Below are positions 9,407 through 17,196 of a stretch of 64,000 nt of DNA, piece by piece; within the stretch, counting starts at the first letter, position 1; every line of letters starts with the position of its first letter. Location of the stretch: positions 14,309 to 78,308 of IMG/VR virus record IMGVR_UViG_3300024581_002111, one strand, 5' to 3'. Source of the stretch: a virus. The notes below the pieces were generated by a model. The model saw only the letters and a program-made list of their open reading frames with translations, was not told the DNA's origin and made no database searches. A program made the translations under genes and the position numbers.

Positions 9407-9874
9407 CTAAGAGATCGAAATCTTCTTAGGCTTGGCTTCCTCTGGAACGTTCAAGAATAAAACAATCTTGAGTATGCCGTCTCTGAGGGTAGCTGTTTGT
9501 ACTTCCACGTGCTCTGCAAGTCTGAAAGTTCTCTGAAAGTTTCTTTCTGCAATGCCTTTGTGAATGTACTCTACAGTGGAGTTAACATCTTCTGCTAACA
9601 CCGCACTACGACCTTCCACTTTGAGATGCTTGTCTTCTACAGTGATTTCAATATCTTCCTGCGTGAAGCCTGCAACTGCAAGTGTGATCTCATACGTTTG
9701 AGCTTCGGTTTCTTTGTCGGTAACACGAGCAACATTATACGGAGGATATCCGCTTGCGCTGATGTTAACTGGATTGGTGAACATTTCGTCGAACAATCTG
9801 TCAAAGCCGACGCTCATTTTATATAGAGGTGAGTTTAAAAGGTCAGTGGTGACCCTGAGTTGTTTGCTTGTCAT
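9407..9874 (-). CDS. hsp20: Small heat-shock protein (IbpA-like Hsp20)
   Basis: VGFDRLFDEM, YPPYNV, LAVAGF, YIHKGIAERNF, LRDGIL...PEEAKPKKISI. Confidence 0.95.
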   Translation of the reverse strand: MTSKQLRVTTDLLNSPLYKMSVGFDRLFDEMFTNPVNISASGYPPYNVARVTDKETEAQTYEITLAVAGFTQEDIEITVEDKHLKVEGRSAVLAEDVNSTVEYIHKGIAERNFQRTFRLAEHVEVQTATLRDGILKIVLFLNVPEEAKPKKISIS

Positions 9875-9948
9875 AATAATCTCCTTAGTTAAGCAAGTTA
9901 TTTTAATGTAACATCTAGTAATACCCTATCGGCATATTACCTGTTACA
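9870..9948 (-). promoter_or_regulatory. ROSE-like RNA thermometer in the hsp20 5' UTR
   Basis: Minus strand AAUAACUUGCUU-AACU-AAGGAGAUUAUU-AUG: UUGCU pairs with the SD leaving a bulged G. An upstream long hairpin spans 9907-9948. Confidence 0.65.
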
Positions 9949-9952
9949 GTTT

Positions 9953-9960
9953 TATTTATC
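9953..9960 (-). promoter_or_regulatory. Late promoter for hsp20
   Basis: GATAAATA overlapping the stop of the upstream gene. Confidence 0.7.
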
Positions 9961-10264
9961 ACTCAACGAATAGGGCCTCATCCATTTTCTCGGCTTTTAA
10001 TCGAGTTTTAGGCAAGGTCCACACATGTTGAGCAACAAAATCTCTGTAGTCTGCATCTGTGTCAAACAGTGCAAACACCTGAATAGTCATACCCCATTGT
10101 TTTGGATCTTCGGGATATCTTACTTCAAATTCTACGTGGGCATCAGTATCTTCTGCCCACTGCCAATATGGCTTTAGTGTGTTGTGGATGCCATTTTCGG
10201 TCATCCATTCGTAGTCAGCATTGTCGCTTACCACACTGTCAATGATCTTATATTCTTTACGCAC
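9959..10264 (-). CDS. Hypothetical protein
   Basis: Operonic ORF overlapping its neighbours. Confidence 0.6.
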   Translation of the reverse strand: MRKEYKIIDSVVSDNADYEWMTENGIHNTLKPYWQWAEDTDAHVEFEVRYPEDPKQWGMTIQVFALFDTDADYRDFVAQHVWTLPKTRLKAEKMDEALFVE

Positions 10265-10646
10265 CTACTGCATACCTCAACAGTCCGCCAAACAACATCA
10301 GTGCAATCACACCGTTCAGCAGAATTAATGCACGGTCTTTCCACATGAATCCAACTGTCCACCAACCTACTGCACCAAGCCAACTGAGGAAAATATCCCA
10401 CACTTGAAATGGGTGCCCGAACAACATTGCGTCAGGTGTGTTACTAGCACGAATACTGATAGCCACCATCACGATACAACTGCTGATCCATTTGATCCAC
10501 CAACTGAGATCGCCCTTGGGTGTAGCACTTTTTACAATACGATTACTGTGCTTGATTTCAGCAACAGTGAATTCGGCTTTCTGTCCTTCGATTACTACAT
10601 TATCCAGCTTCTCTGAATCTGGAGTTACTTTTCTAACCACCGTCAA
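10257..10646 (-). CDS. Small multi-TM membrane protein (DUF6552-like, from recollection)
   Basis: SWWIKWISS...GWWTVGFMWKDRALILLN. Confidence 0.6.
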   Translation of the reverse strand: MTVVRKVTPDSEKLDNVVIEGQKAEFTVAEIKHSNRIVKSATPKGDLSWWIKWISSCIVMVAISIRASNTPDAMLFGHPFQVWDIFLSWLGAVGWWTVGFMWKDRALILLNGVIALMLFGGLLRYAVGA

Positions 10647-10908
10647 GTTCCTTCTCGGTTATGGTAGGCATTTTACTTGGTTCGAGGTTTCCCGATACCA
10701 CTTCACAACATAGAAAATCCGTGTTGTCTATCACCTGTCTTAGTTTACTATCTAACTTACTCCCATAGCTCAGTAGCTCATTGTTATACTCTAAGTCTAT
10801 AGTCAAAGTTGCTCTAATCTTTTTTGTTCTTTCCAAAAATCCTTTCCCAGCCATCCTCATATTTGGTTTGGCTTGTGTCTTTACGTCGAGCAGATCCTTT
10901 GCCACCAT
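10633..10908 (-). CDS. Hypothetical protein, true start probably downstream of 10908
   Basis: The C-terminal part overlaps the next gene. The 5' part overlaps the better ORF 10814-10990. Confidence 0.4.
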   Translation of the reverse strand: MVAKDLLDVKTQAKPNMRMAGKGFLERTKKIRATLTIDLEYNNELLSYGSKLDSKLRQVIDNTDFLCCEVVSGNLEPSKMPTITEKELDGG

Positions 10909-10990
10909 GCCAGCTTTTCAAATGCTCGGTACCGCTTGGTGGGTTACGATCAGTGCCCATTGAACCTTTGTGAGTCTTATCATCAGACAT
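10814..10990 (-). CDS. 58-aa small phage protein, GGKGS...W..IFGK type (not in track)
   Basis: MSDDKTHKGSMGTDRNPPSGTEHLKSWHGGKGSARRKDTSQTKYEDGWERIFGKNKKD. Start overlaps the MazG-like stop and has GGAG upstream. Confidence 0.7.
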   Translation of the reverse strand: MSDDKTHKGSMGTDRNPPSGTEHLKSWHGGKGSARRKDTSQTKYEDGWERIFGKNKKD

Positions 10991-11228
10991 CTATGTTACT
11001 CCACTTTTTCAATTTGTCACGCTTGAGTTGTTGACGATTGTATATATCTTCGTCGGTGTAATAACCGTGTTTTTTCAGAAGATCTAACATCAAATATACA
11101 TCGCCTATTTCTTCAACGAGATTGCGTAGATACTTTTTCTTGCCGCCGCTACGCATAACCTTACTGCATGCTTGCACCAGTTCACCACATTCTTCCATGG
11201 TGATGATCAGTATCTCTTCAGTTTTCAT
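10983..11228 (-). CDS. MazG-like nucleotide pyrophosphohydrolase
   Basis: TMEECGELVQACSK...LVEEIGDV. Confidence 0.8.
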   Translation of the reverse strand: MKTEEILIITMEECGELVQACSKVMRSGGKKKYLRNLVEEIGDVYLMLDLLKKHGYYTDEDIYNRQQLKRDKLKKWSNIDV

Positions 11229-11637
11229 CGTCTCTCAACTTGAGTTTTTCTAGGCTGAGTTTGTCTTTTGCACTCAGGATGTATGCACTTATTGACAGAA
11301 TAAAAATACCAGCAGTTTCGTACAATATGAATTCTGGTTGTGTGCCTTTGGTTGTGAGCACAATCATTCTGGTGAGTGCTGTGATAGCAATGATAATAGG
11401 CAGTGTAACTGGAATCCTGTGATCTTTGTAGAAAGCACCAACCATGCCTAAGATCTCTGCATAAATGAACAGCAAGAACAAATCAGCAAGCGCCATTTTA
11501 CCACTGGTGGTAAACATGTGCATGATGTCGTAGCCTGCGGCCCACACTGTGCCTGCTACAATGAACAGTAGCAGTGCTTTTTCCATGTGCATGATCACAC
11601 GATGCACACTGTCCTTAATCAACTTGTTATCAATCAT
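11218..11637 (-). CDS. psiE: Phosphate-starvation-inducible PsiE-like membrane protein
   Basis: LADLFLLFIYAEILGMV...RIPVTLPIIIAITALTRMIV. Confidence 0.85.
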   Translation of the reverse strand: MIDNKLIKDSVHRVIMHMEKALLLFIVAGTVWAAGYDIMHMFTTSGKMALADLFLLFIYAEILGMVGAFYKDHRIPVTLPIIIAITALTRMIVLTTKGTQPEFILYETAGIFILSISAYILSAKDKLSLEKLKLRDDEN

Positions 11638-11860
11638 TTTCTGACTCCCATTGATACAGTGCTTGGCTATATCCGACCTGCATCACACTGTACTCGTTTA
11701 GTTCTTCGCGATACTTGACAACTTCCTCGTACTGCTCTCTGGTCAAATCAACAATATCTTCAACTTCAAAATGTTCGCAGATGTGTTGCACAACATCGTC
11801 TATGATTTGATTTTCATAGTACTCTTCGTTCTTGTACATCCTGGGCCATTCATACAACAT
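11630..11860 (-). CDS. Acidic hypothetical protein
   Basis: Start re-assigned to MLYEWP, with GAGGAG 6 nt upstream. Confidence 0.6.
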   Translation of the reverse strand: MLYEWPRMYKNEEYYENQIIDDVVQHICEHFEVEDIVDLTREQYEEVVKYREELNEYSVMQVGYSQALYQWESEND

Positions 11861-12395
11861 CTGTATCTCCTCTATAAATTCTGATGTAGTCAGGTTCTCC
11901 ATTTGCTACAGTTTCGTGCCATTCGGTGTTAGCATTTTCGTCAGCACTGTCGCTGATGTATTTGTAACACTTGAACTCTACTCCGTGGAATTGACATGCT
12001 TTAGCAATAGCATACGCCTCCATGTCTACAACATCTGCTGGTATAGCCAAGTTAGGGTCACTTACAAAATTATCGCCTGTGCTACAAGTGTAGCCTTCGC
12101 CAATGCTGAGAACAACACCTTCCTCAAAAGGTGTTTGTCCTAAGTTGAACCCAAACTCGCAACACATCATATCACGTTGCACAAAGTTGTGCATTTGCAC
12201 AGTACCTTTTAGCCCTGGTGTGATACCACCAGCAGTTCCAAAGTTCCACACTGTTTCAGGCTTGTATTTCTGTATCACTGCACTGGCAGTGATTGCCGCA
12301 TTCACTTTGCCCACACCTGTGAAGAAAACATTGTCCCATGTTTTCATGCTGGGTGCTTCAGTGGGCAGTGCAATTAAAATGATTTCCTTCATCAA
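11850..12395 (-). CDS. mtnN: MTA/SAH nucleosidase (PNP_UDP_1 family)
   Basis: TGVGKVNAA, NFGTAGG, STGDNFV, VDMEAYAIA, KYISDSAD. Confidence 0.85.
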   Translation of the reverse strand: MMKEIILIALPTEAPSMKTWDNVFFTGVGKVNAAITASAVIQKYKPETVWNFGTAGGITPGLKGTVQMHNFVQRDMMCCEFGFNLGQTPFEEGVVLSIGEGYTCSTGDNFVSDPNLAIPADVVDMEAYAIAKACQFHGVEFKCYKYISDSADENANTEWHETVANGEPDYIRIYRGDTDVV

Positions 12396-12928
12396 TCTCC
12401 CTCGTACTCAACCAATGTTGCAACTGCATAACCGCTGTCGCGAATTAACTTACTGCCTCCTAAGTCCGGAAGGTCTATAATTGACAGCACCATGATATCG
12501 CTTTTGGGAATGTCAAATTCTTCATGCACTAAATCAGCACATGCTAATGCTGTACCTCCCGTTGCAATAAGATCATCAATAATAACCACGTTGCCTTCGA
12601 TGGGAGATATTTTTTGTAAATGAATTTCAGTTGAACCATATTCTAAATCAAATGCTTTACTCACAGTGTCGTTAGGCAGTTTGCCAGGCTTGCGAGCAGG
12701 AATAAAAGGAATCTTTAAATCCTTGCTCATGGGTGCACCAAAAATAAAACCTCTGCTTTCTATTGCTACCAAACAGTCTGCACGAAATCGATGTGCATGA
12801 AAACAGCACTGACTGATCACAGTGCCGAAGGCATCCGTGTCTTCGATCAAACTGGTGATGTCTCTGAACTGTACACCTGGAATAGGGAAGTCTGGTACAG
12901 TTCTAATAATGTCCTTTAAATATGTCAT
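12392..12928 (-). CDS. apt: Adenine phosphoribosyltransferase
   Basis: VPDFPIPGVQFRDIT, IESRGF, RKPGKLP, LEYG, IIDDLIATGGT. Confidence 0.95.
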   Translation of the reverse strand: MTYLKDIIRTVPDFPIPGVQFRDITSLIEDTDAFGTVISQCCFHAHRFRADCLVAIESRGFIFGAPMSKDLKIPFIPARKPGKLPNDTVSKAFDLEYGSTEIHLQKISPIEGNVVIIDDLIATGGTALACADLVHEEFDIPKSDIMVLSIIDLPDLGGSKLIRDSGYAVATLVEYEGD

Positions 12929-13359
12929 CGTCTCATCCTTGCAATGTCTTTGGCATGTTGATCATCTATCACAGGCACAGCATTACTCTTGTGCATGGTA
13001 GCAATACCTTTGATAAGAGTACCTGTGTATTTCTGTGGCTCGACCTTGCGACAACTGCCATTGTCAACGGGGTTGATTGGTGCACTAGGATAACGCTCAC
13101 GATGATCTTGATCACGTCTGTACACAGTGGTGTTTGTTTGTGCACGGAACGTGTGCTTGTCTATCTTCTTGCGACCAAAGCAGTAGTCCAAGTAATCATC
13201 AAATGATTCGTAACGCATGTCATGCATACCACGTTGTTTCATTTCTTTGTTGTGCTTGCGCCAGTTGTCCTGTAGCTCTGCCATGCGAGCTTTGGTGATC
13301 TTGGTCTTGCGCTTCTTGGTATTGATGGTGCTCAAGCCACGAGCAAGATGCATGGTCAT
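12925..13359 (-). CDS. Basic conserved T4-like protein (gp61.1-like C-terminus, from recollection)
   Basis: YTGTLIKGIATMHKSNAVPV...DIARMRR. Confidence 0.6.
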   Translation of the reverse strand: MTMHLARGLSTINTKKRKTKITKARMAELQDNWRKHNKEMKQRGMHDMRYESFDDYLDYCFGRKKIDKHTFRAQTNTTVYRRDQDHRERYPSAPINPVDNGSCRKVEPQKYTGTLIKGIATMHKSNAVPVIDDQHAKDIARMRR

Positions 13360-13613
13360 CGTTTGCCTCCCATTTCGCGAAAACTTCTTTCCATATCAAG
13401 TTCTTGTTGTATCTTCTTTGCCCTACGGTCACTGAGTATGTTATGTAATGCAAACAAACCCATCTCAGCACTGAACCACAGAGTGAGGAAACATATCAAT
13501 ATGATGGATTGATCAGTAGGATCTATGTCTGCTATCTTGGCCAATATCACATTGATGCAAAGTGCTGAAACAGCCACAGTTGCCAGAATTGTACTCACAC
13601 GCAATATATTCAT
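13356..13613 (-). CDS. Small two-TM membrane protein
   Basis: Two hydrophobic segments, directly behind a sigma70 promoter. Confidence 0.6.
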   Translation of the reverse strand: MNILRVSTILATVAVSALCINVILAKIADIDPTDQSIILICFLTLWFSAEMGLFALHNILSDRRAKKIQQELDMERSFREMGGKR

Positions 13614-13619
13614 ACAACA

Positions 13620-13647
13620 AGTATAGCAAACTATGTGCTGTTGTCAA
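13620..13647 (-). promoter_or_regulatory. sigma70-type early promoter
   Basis: TTGACA-N16-TATACT with TGn extension, 6 nt before ATG 13613. Confidence 0.75.
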
Positions 13648-13691
13648 GCGATTTTAGTGATTATTTTTTGTATATAAATCAGTGACTTACG

Positions 13692-14168
13692 TTACTGGGG
13701 AGGGTTATTATGCCCTAGCATGCTGTTATCTTTCTTCTGCATTTCCTCGACCCAGGTAGTTGTTCTGCCTGCTTTCTTTTCTTCCCAGTCTTGGATAGCA
13801 CGTTTGATGGAATCTTCTGCTAACACTGAACAGTGTATTTTGATAGGAGGTAATTCTAGTGCTTCAGCAATTTCTTTGTCTTTGATTTGCTTTGCTTCTT
13901 CGATGGTTTTGCCTTTGAGCATTTCCACAAACATACTGCTGGAAGCAATGGCACTACCACAACCGTATGTTTTAAATTTAACATCTAAAATTGTGTCAGT
14001 TTCGGGATCAAGTTTAAGATCTAATTTCATTACATCACCACATGCTGGGGCACCAGTCATACCCGTTGCCACTGTGGGGTCGTTAGGGTCAAATTTGCCA
14101 ACGCCATGAGCCGCTGGGTTATTGGTAACTTCCTCAAATCTTTTTACTACTTTTTCCGAATATGCCAT
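13692..14168 (-). CDS. iscU: IscU Fe-S scaffold
   Basis: Start MAYSEKVV with AGGAG. GAPACGDVMKL, FKTYGCGSAIASSS, LPPIKIHCSVLAED. Confidence 0.95.
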   Translation of the reverse strand: MAYSEKVVKRFEEVTNNPAAHGVGKFDPNDPTVATGMTGAPACGDVMKLDLKLDPETDTILDVKFKTYGCGSAIASSSMFVEMLKGKTIEEAKQIKDKEIAEALELPPIKIHCSVLAEDSIKRAIQDWEEKKAGRTTTWVEEMQKKDNSMLGHNNPPQ

Positions 14169-14185
14169 ATGTTTACTCCTGGTGA

Positions 14186-14335
14186 TTAAAAAGAATGGAT
14201 ATACAAGAACCAATTAATAAGTGCGATCAAACCTGCTTGCATGGTCACTGCTCCTAACACCACACAAGTGGGGAAAATTGCATTAGCCTTTGCAGGGTTG
14301 TCTTTGACCCATTGTTCAAGTTCCTTCTCTGTCAC
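14186..14335 (-). CDS. 49-aa single-TM protein (not in track)
   Basis: GTG start: MTEKELEQWVKDNPAKANAIFPTCVVLGAVTMQAGLIALINWFLYIHSF. Confidence 0.55.
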   Translation of the reverse strand: MTEKELEQWVKDNPAKANAIFPTCVVLGAVTMQAGLIALINWFLYIHSF

Positions 14336-14339
14336 ATCC

Positions 14340-15176
14340 TTATTTATCAAAGAATTTTTTAATGTGGGTGTATAAGTGATTTGCTATTGTTTTATGCCCT
14401 AATATAGAATAATGAATGTAGTCCACATGCGGCACCAAATGATATTGAGTCTGATTATGCTCATAGTCCTCATTTCTGTGTTCCGGCCAATAATCATTGA
14501 TAAACATATGATGTTTGCTAGAACCAGAGATTACTTCCACAGGAGAGTTATCTGGGTAATTGGTTTTCCACCAATCCAATATGGTATTTCCTGTGGCTTC
14601 CCACAGATACACATGTGGTATGTTGTGCTGTGCAAGAAACGCATCCAACATCAACCACTGAGTTGTAAAATACTCGTTGTCCATCTCTATATCTGAGCAG
14701 TAATTTTCTATTGCTGTGTGTAAGTTATGATCTTGTTCACAGAGTTGCCAGTCTTTGCTGTTCAGTTTGTATCGTGTGTAAATACCCCTGTTGGTCATAT
14801 CGATATTAGCAGTGTCTAAATTCTCGCTGTACCCCTCACCCATCAGTGACATTTCTTTTTCTCTGCGTATACCTACAGTATTAAAATGAGTCTGGGCCAT
14901 CTTACGTCCACTGCTGGTGCGACTCATCCAACTGCTGGCTAATTCCCTGCGTGTAACGTCAGTGAATTGTATAATCAACATGTCGGCATCAGTGAGTTCA
15001 CCATTGTGTACTGCATGCACAATTTGCCTGATACTGCGATAATTACTGCCGCCGCCGCCGGCTAGATGTACATAGTCATAGTTCATCTTTTCTGCAAGGT
15101 AATCGCCGTAACTGTGTGTGGTTTGTGTTCTATCTGCAATGCTACACCCAGCACTGAATACTCGTGGCTTACGCAT
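14340..15176 (-). CDS. SGNH/GDSL-like hydrolase or acyltransferase (paralog 1)
   Basis: AGCSIAD (block I), GGGSN (block II), HYSILGHKTIA (block V). Confidence 0.6.
   Translation of the reverse strand: MRKPRVFSAGCSIADRTQTTHSYGDYLAEKMNYDYVHLAGGGGSNYRSIRQIVHAVHNGELTDADMLIIQFTDVTRRELASSWMSRTSSGRKMAQTHFNTVGIRREKEMSLMGEGYSENLDTANIDMTNRGIYTRYKLNSKDWQLCEQDHNLHTAIENYCSDIEMDNEYFTTQWLMLDAFLAQHNIPHVYLWEATGNTILDWWKTNYPDNSPVEVISGSSKHHMFINDYWPEHRNEDYEHNQTQYHLVPHVDYIHYSILGHKTIANHLYTHIKKFFDK
14341..14348 (-). promoter_or_regulatory. Late promoter, 5 nt before GTG 14335
   Basis: GATAAATA-aggat-GTG. Confidence 0.65.
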
Positions 15177-15981
15177 AACTATGTTCCTTTATAAAATGTT
15201 CTAACAATTCAGCAATCTTCATGTGCCCAGTAATACTGAAATGAGAAAAATCTCCATTAACTGGATCGAGAGCGTAAGAGTTGCTGTCTAAATACCAAGC
15301 TGGAGCTCTGTACATGTCCCAGTGATTGCCAAGTACAAACTGATGTTTTACCATGCTGTTAATTTTATCCAACCACTGGCCACATATTTCTTCTTTGAAA
15401 GATTGGAAATTCCAAAACAGCATTAACTCGATGTTGTTAAAGTATAACAATGACTGCAAGCGCCATAAATCTAAATAGAAATTGTATTGATCAAGCTCTT
15501 CGATTACACCATATCTTTCTGTGTAAGTGTGATAAGTGGGGTCTGATGTGCCCTGTTGCCATCGATGACTTCCCATTTTAAAACGAGTAGTGTACACGTC
15601 ATTAACAACACAATCATAATGGGGATTGGTGTCAGGTATAAGTGTGCTGACTTTGTTTGGATCCTGCCTTTGACGTATTATGTCAAAGTCTGCTTTGCTC
15701 TTTTCTAAAAACTGCTTGCCCTTACGATGATAAGTCAGCCATGTGCTGGGTAGATCTCTGCGTGTGACCTCAGTGATTTGCCATATCACTGTGTCGCCGT
15801 CAGTGAGTTTGCCATCAATTAATGCCTCAGTGATGAGACGGACTGCACGTTGATTACTGCCACAGCCGCCCGAAAGATGCAGGTATTGCATGTTTAATGA
15901 TGAGCTTAGAAAATCGCCAAAACTGTGAGACACCTGTGTGCGATCAGAATAACTGCATCCTGCTACACACAGTGTGGACAT
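15169..15981 (-). CDS. SGNH/GDSL-like hydrolase or acyltransferase (paralog 2)
   Basis: AGCSYSD, GGCGSN, HFSITGHMKIA. Confidence 0.6.
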   Translation of the reverse strand: MSTLCVAGCSYSDRTQVSHSFGDFLSSSLNMQYLHLSGGCGSNQRAVRLITEALIDGKLTDGDTVIWQITEVTRRDLPSTWLTYHRKGKQFLEKSKADFDIIRQRQDPNKVSTLIPDTNPHYDCVVNDVYTTRFKMGSHRWQQGTSDPTYHTYTERYGVIEELDQYNFYLDLWRLQSLLYFNNIELMLFWNFQSFKEEICGQWLDKINSMVKHQFVLGNHWDMYRAPAWYLDSNSYALDPVNGDFSHFSITGHMKIAELLEHFIKEHSYA

Positions 15982-16415
15982 TAAGCAAAATCTCTCAACA
16001 TTTTGTTGATTTCAAATGCATGCTGTTCTTCTGCTTCAATTTGTCCGCGAGCATATTCTTCCAACATAACACTTGCATCAGTAACTTCTTCCATTAACTT
16101 TTTGTATGCAGACACAGCAAGACGCTCGTGTTCAAGGCTTTCTCTGAGTATTTGTGTTACACTGTGATCGTGCGATTCTTCGATAGGTGAGATACGCTGT
16201 GTTGGGTGCCCTTCGAAGCCTGTGATCAATTCGCCAGCATGCAGTGCATGTGCTAAACTTTCGTTGGCTTGTTCTTGCAAGAACTGCACAATGGGCAGTC
16301 TATAAGGACCAGTTACCATTAATGAACTGTGTGCATAACGCACAACGCCTGCCATTTCCAGTTCAATGATTTCATTTAATATTTCGCAAACTCGTTGTAC
16401 ATTTAGTTCTTTCAT
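15981..16415 (-). CDS. Bacterioferritin/ferritin-like protein
   Basis: Start re-assigned to MKELNV. ELEMAGVVRY, ESLAHA, LEHERLAV, EEQH di-iron-type ligands. Confidence 0.8.
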   Translation of the reverse strand: MKELNVQRVCEILNEIIELEMAGVVRYAHSSLMVTGPYRLPIVQFLQEQANESLAHALHAGELITGFEGHPTQRISPIEESHDHSVTQILRESLEHERLAVSAYKKLMEEVTDASVMLEEYARGQIEAEEQHAFEINKMLRDFA

Positions 16416-16422
16416 TTCCAAT

Positions 16423-17196
16423 TTACTCTCCGTTGTAGTACTCGAGGCGTTCAATGTCTTCTTCGTTGGTTTCCTCACCGTACTGAATTTCTATAATATG
16501 ACACGGCTCATCGAAAGGATTGTATGCTTGATGCCAGTCGCCTTGCTTCACATGAAAGAACCCGTCTTTCTGTATAGTGTGTATTTGATGTTGTTGTGGT
16601 GAACTAAAACTGTGTTTGATGTTGATCATGCCTTTGCTCACAAACCACATCTCACTGCGTTTGAAATGTCTTTGATAACTGATGCCTTTGCCGGGTTCAA
16701 TTACTAACTCTTTTACACGAACAACATCATCTTGAAACAAGTCTGAAAACTCGCCCCACACTCTGCGTTCAGTAGGGTACTGCCATTCTTTCAATATCCA
16801 ACTACTGCTGTTGGCTTTGTGGTCTCCGCCGACACTGAACACAAACTTGTATCCTTCGACAGCCATTTCGGGAATGTTGTCTTTGCCTCTGTCGCCGCCA
16901 TTGCAGAACACATATTCGTGTTCATGACCAAATGCATCGCGAACTTGGATGAGTCCCTGCGTTACACTACCATCTTTGTCATCTACACCATACACATTTG
17001 ATACCATGTGCATACGTTCAACAATGGTTGCACGTTCCTCAAAAGGCAAAAAAGGTCTGCCTTTCTTTCTTGTAAGCCATTCATCACTGTTAACAAGTAC
17101 AACCAACTTGTCACCGTGAGCGGCAGCCGATTCTAGTAAATTTATGTGACCAGAATGTAGCGGGTCGAATCCACCGCTTACGACTGCAATACGCAT
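16423..17196 (-). CDS. Cytidylyltransferase fused to a mannose-6-P-isomerase-type cupin
   Basis: SGGFDPLHSGH, CNGGDR. C-terminal RVWG...VKEL.I.PGKGISYQRHFKRSEMW...HQAYN...EIQYG...DIERL. Confidence 0.88.
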   Translation of the reverse strand: MRIAVVSGGFDPLHSGHINLLESAAAHGDKLVVLVNSDEWLTRKKGRPFLPFEERATIVERMHMVSNVYGVDDKDGSVTQGLIQVRDAFGHEHEYVFCNGGDRGKDNIPEMAVEGYKFVFSVGGDHKANSSSWILKEWQYPTERRVWGEFSDLFQDDVVRVKELVIEPGKGISYQRHFKRSEMWFVSKGMINIKHSFSSPQQHQIHTIQKDGFFHVKQGDWHQAYNPFDEPCHIIEIQYGEETNEEDIERLEYYNGE

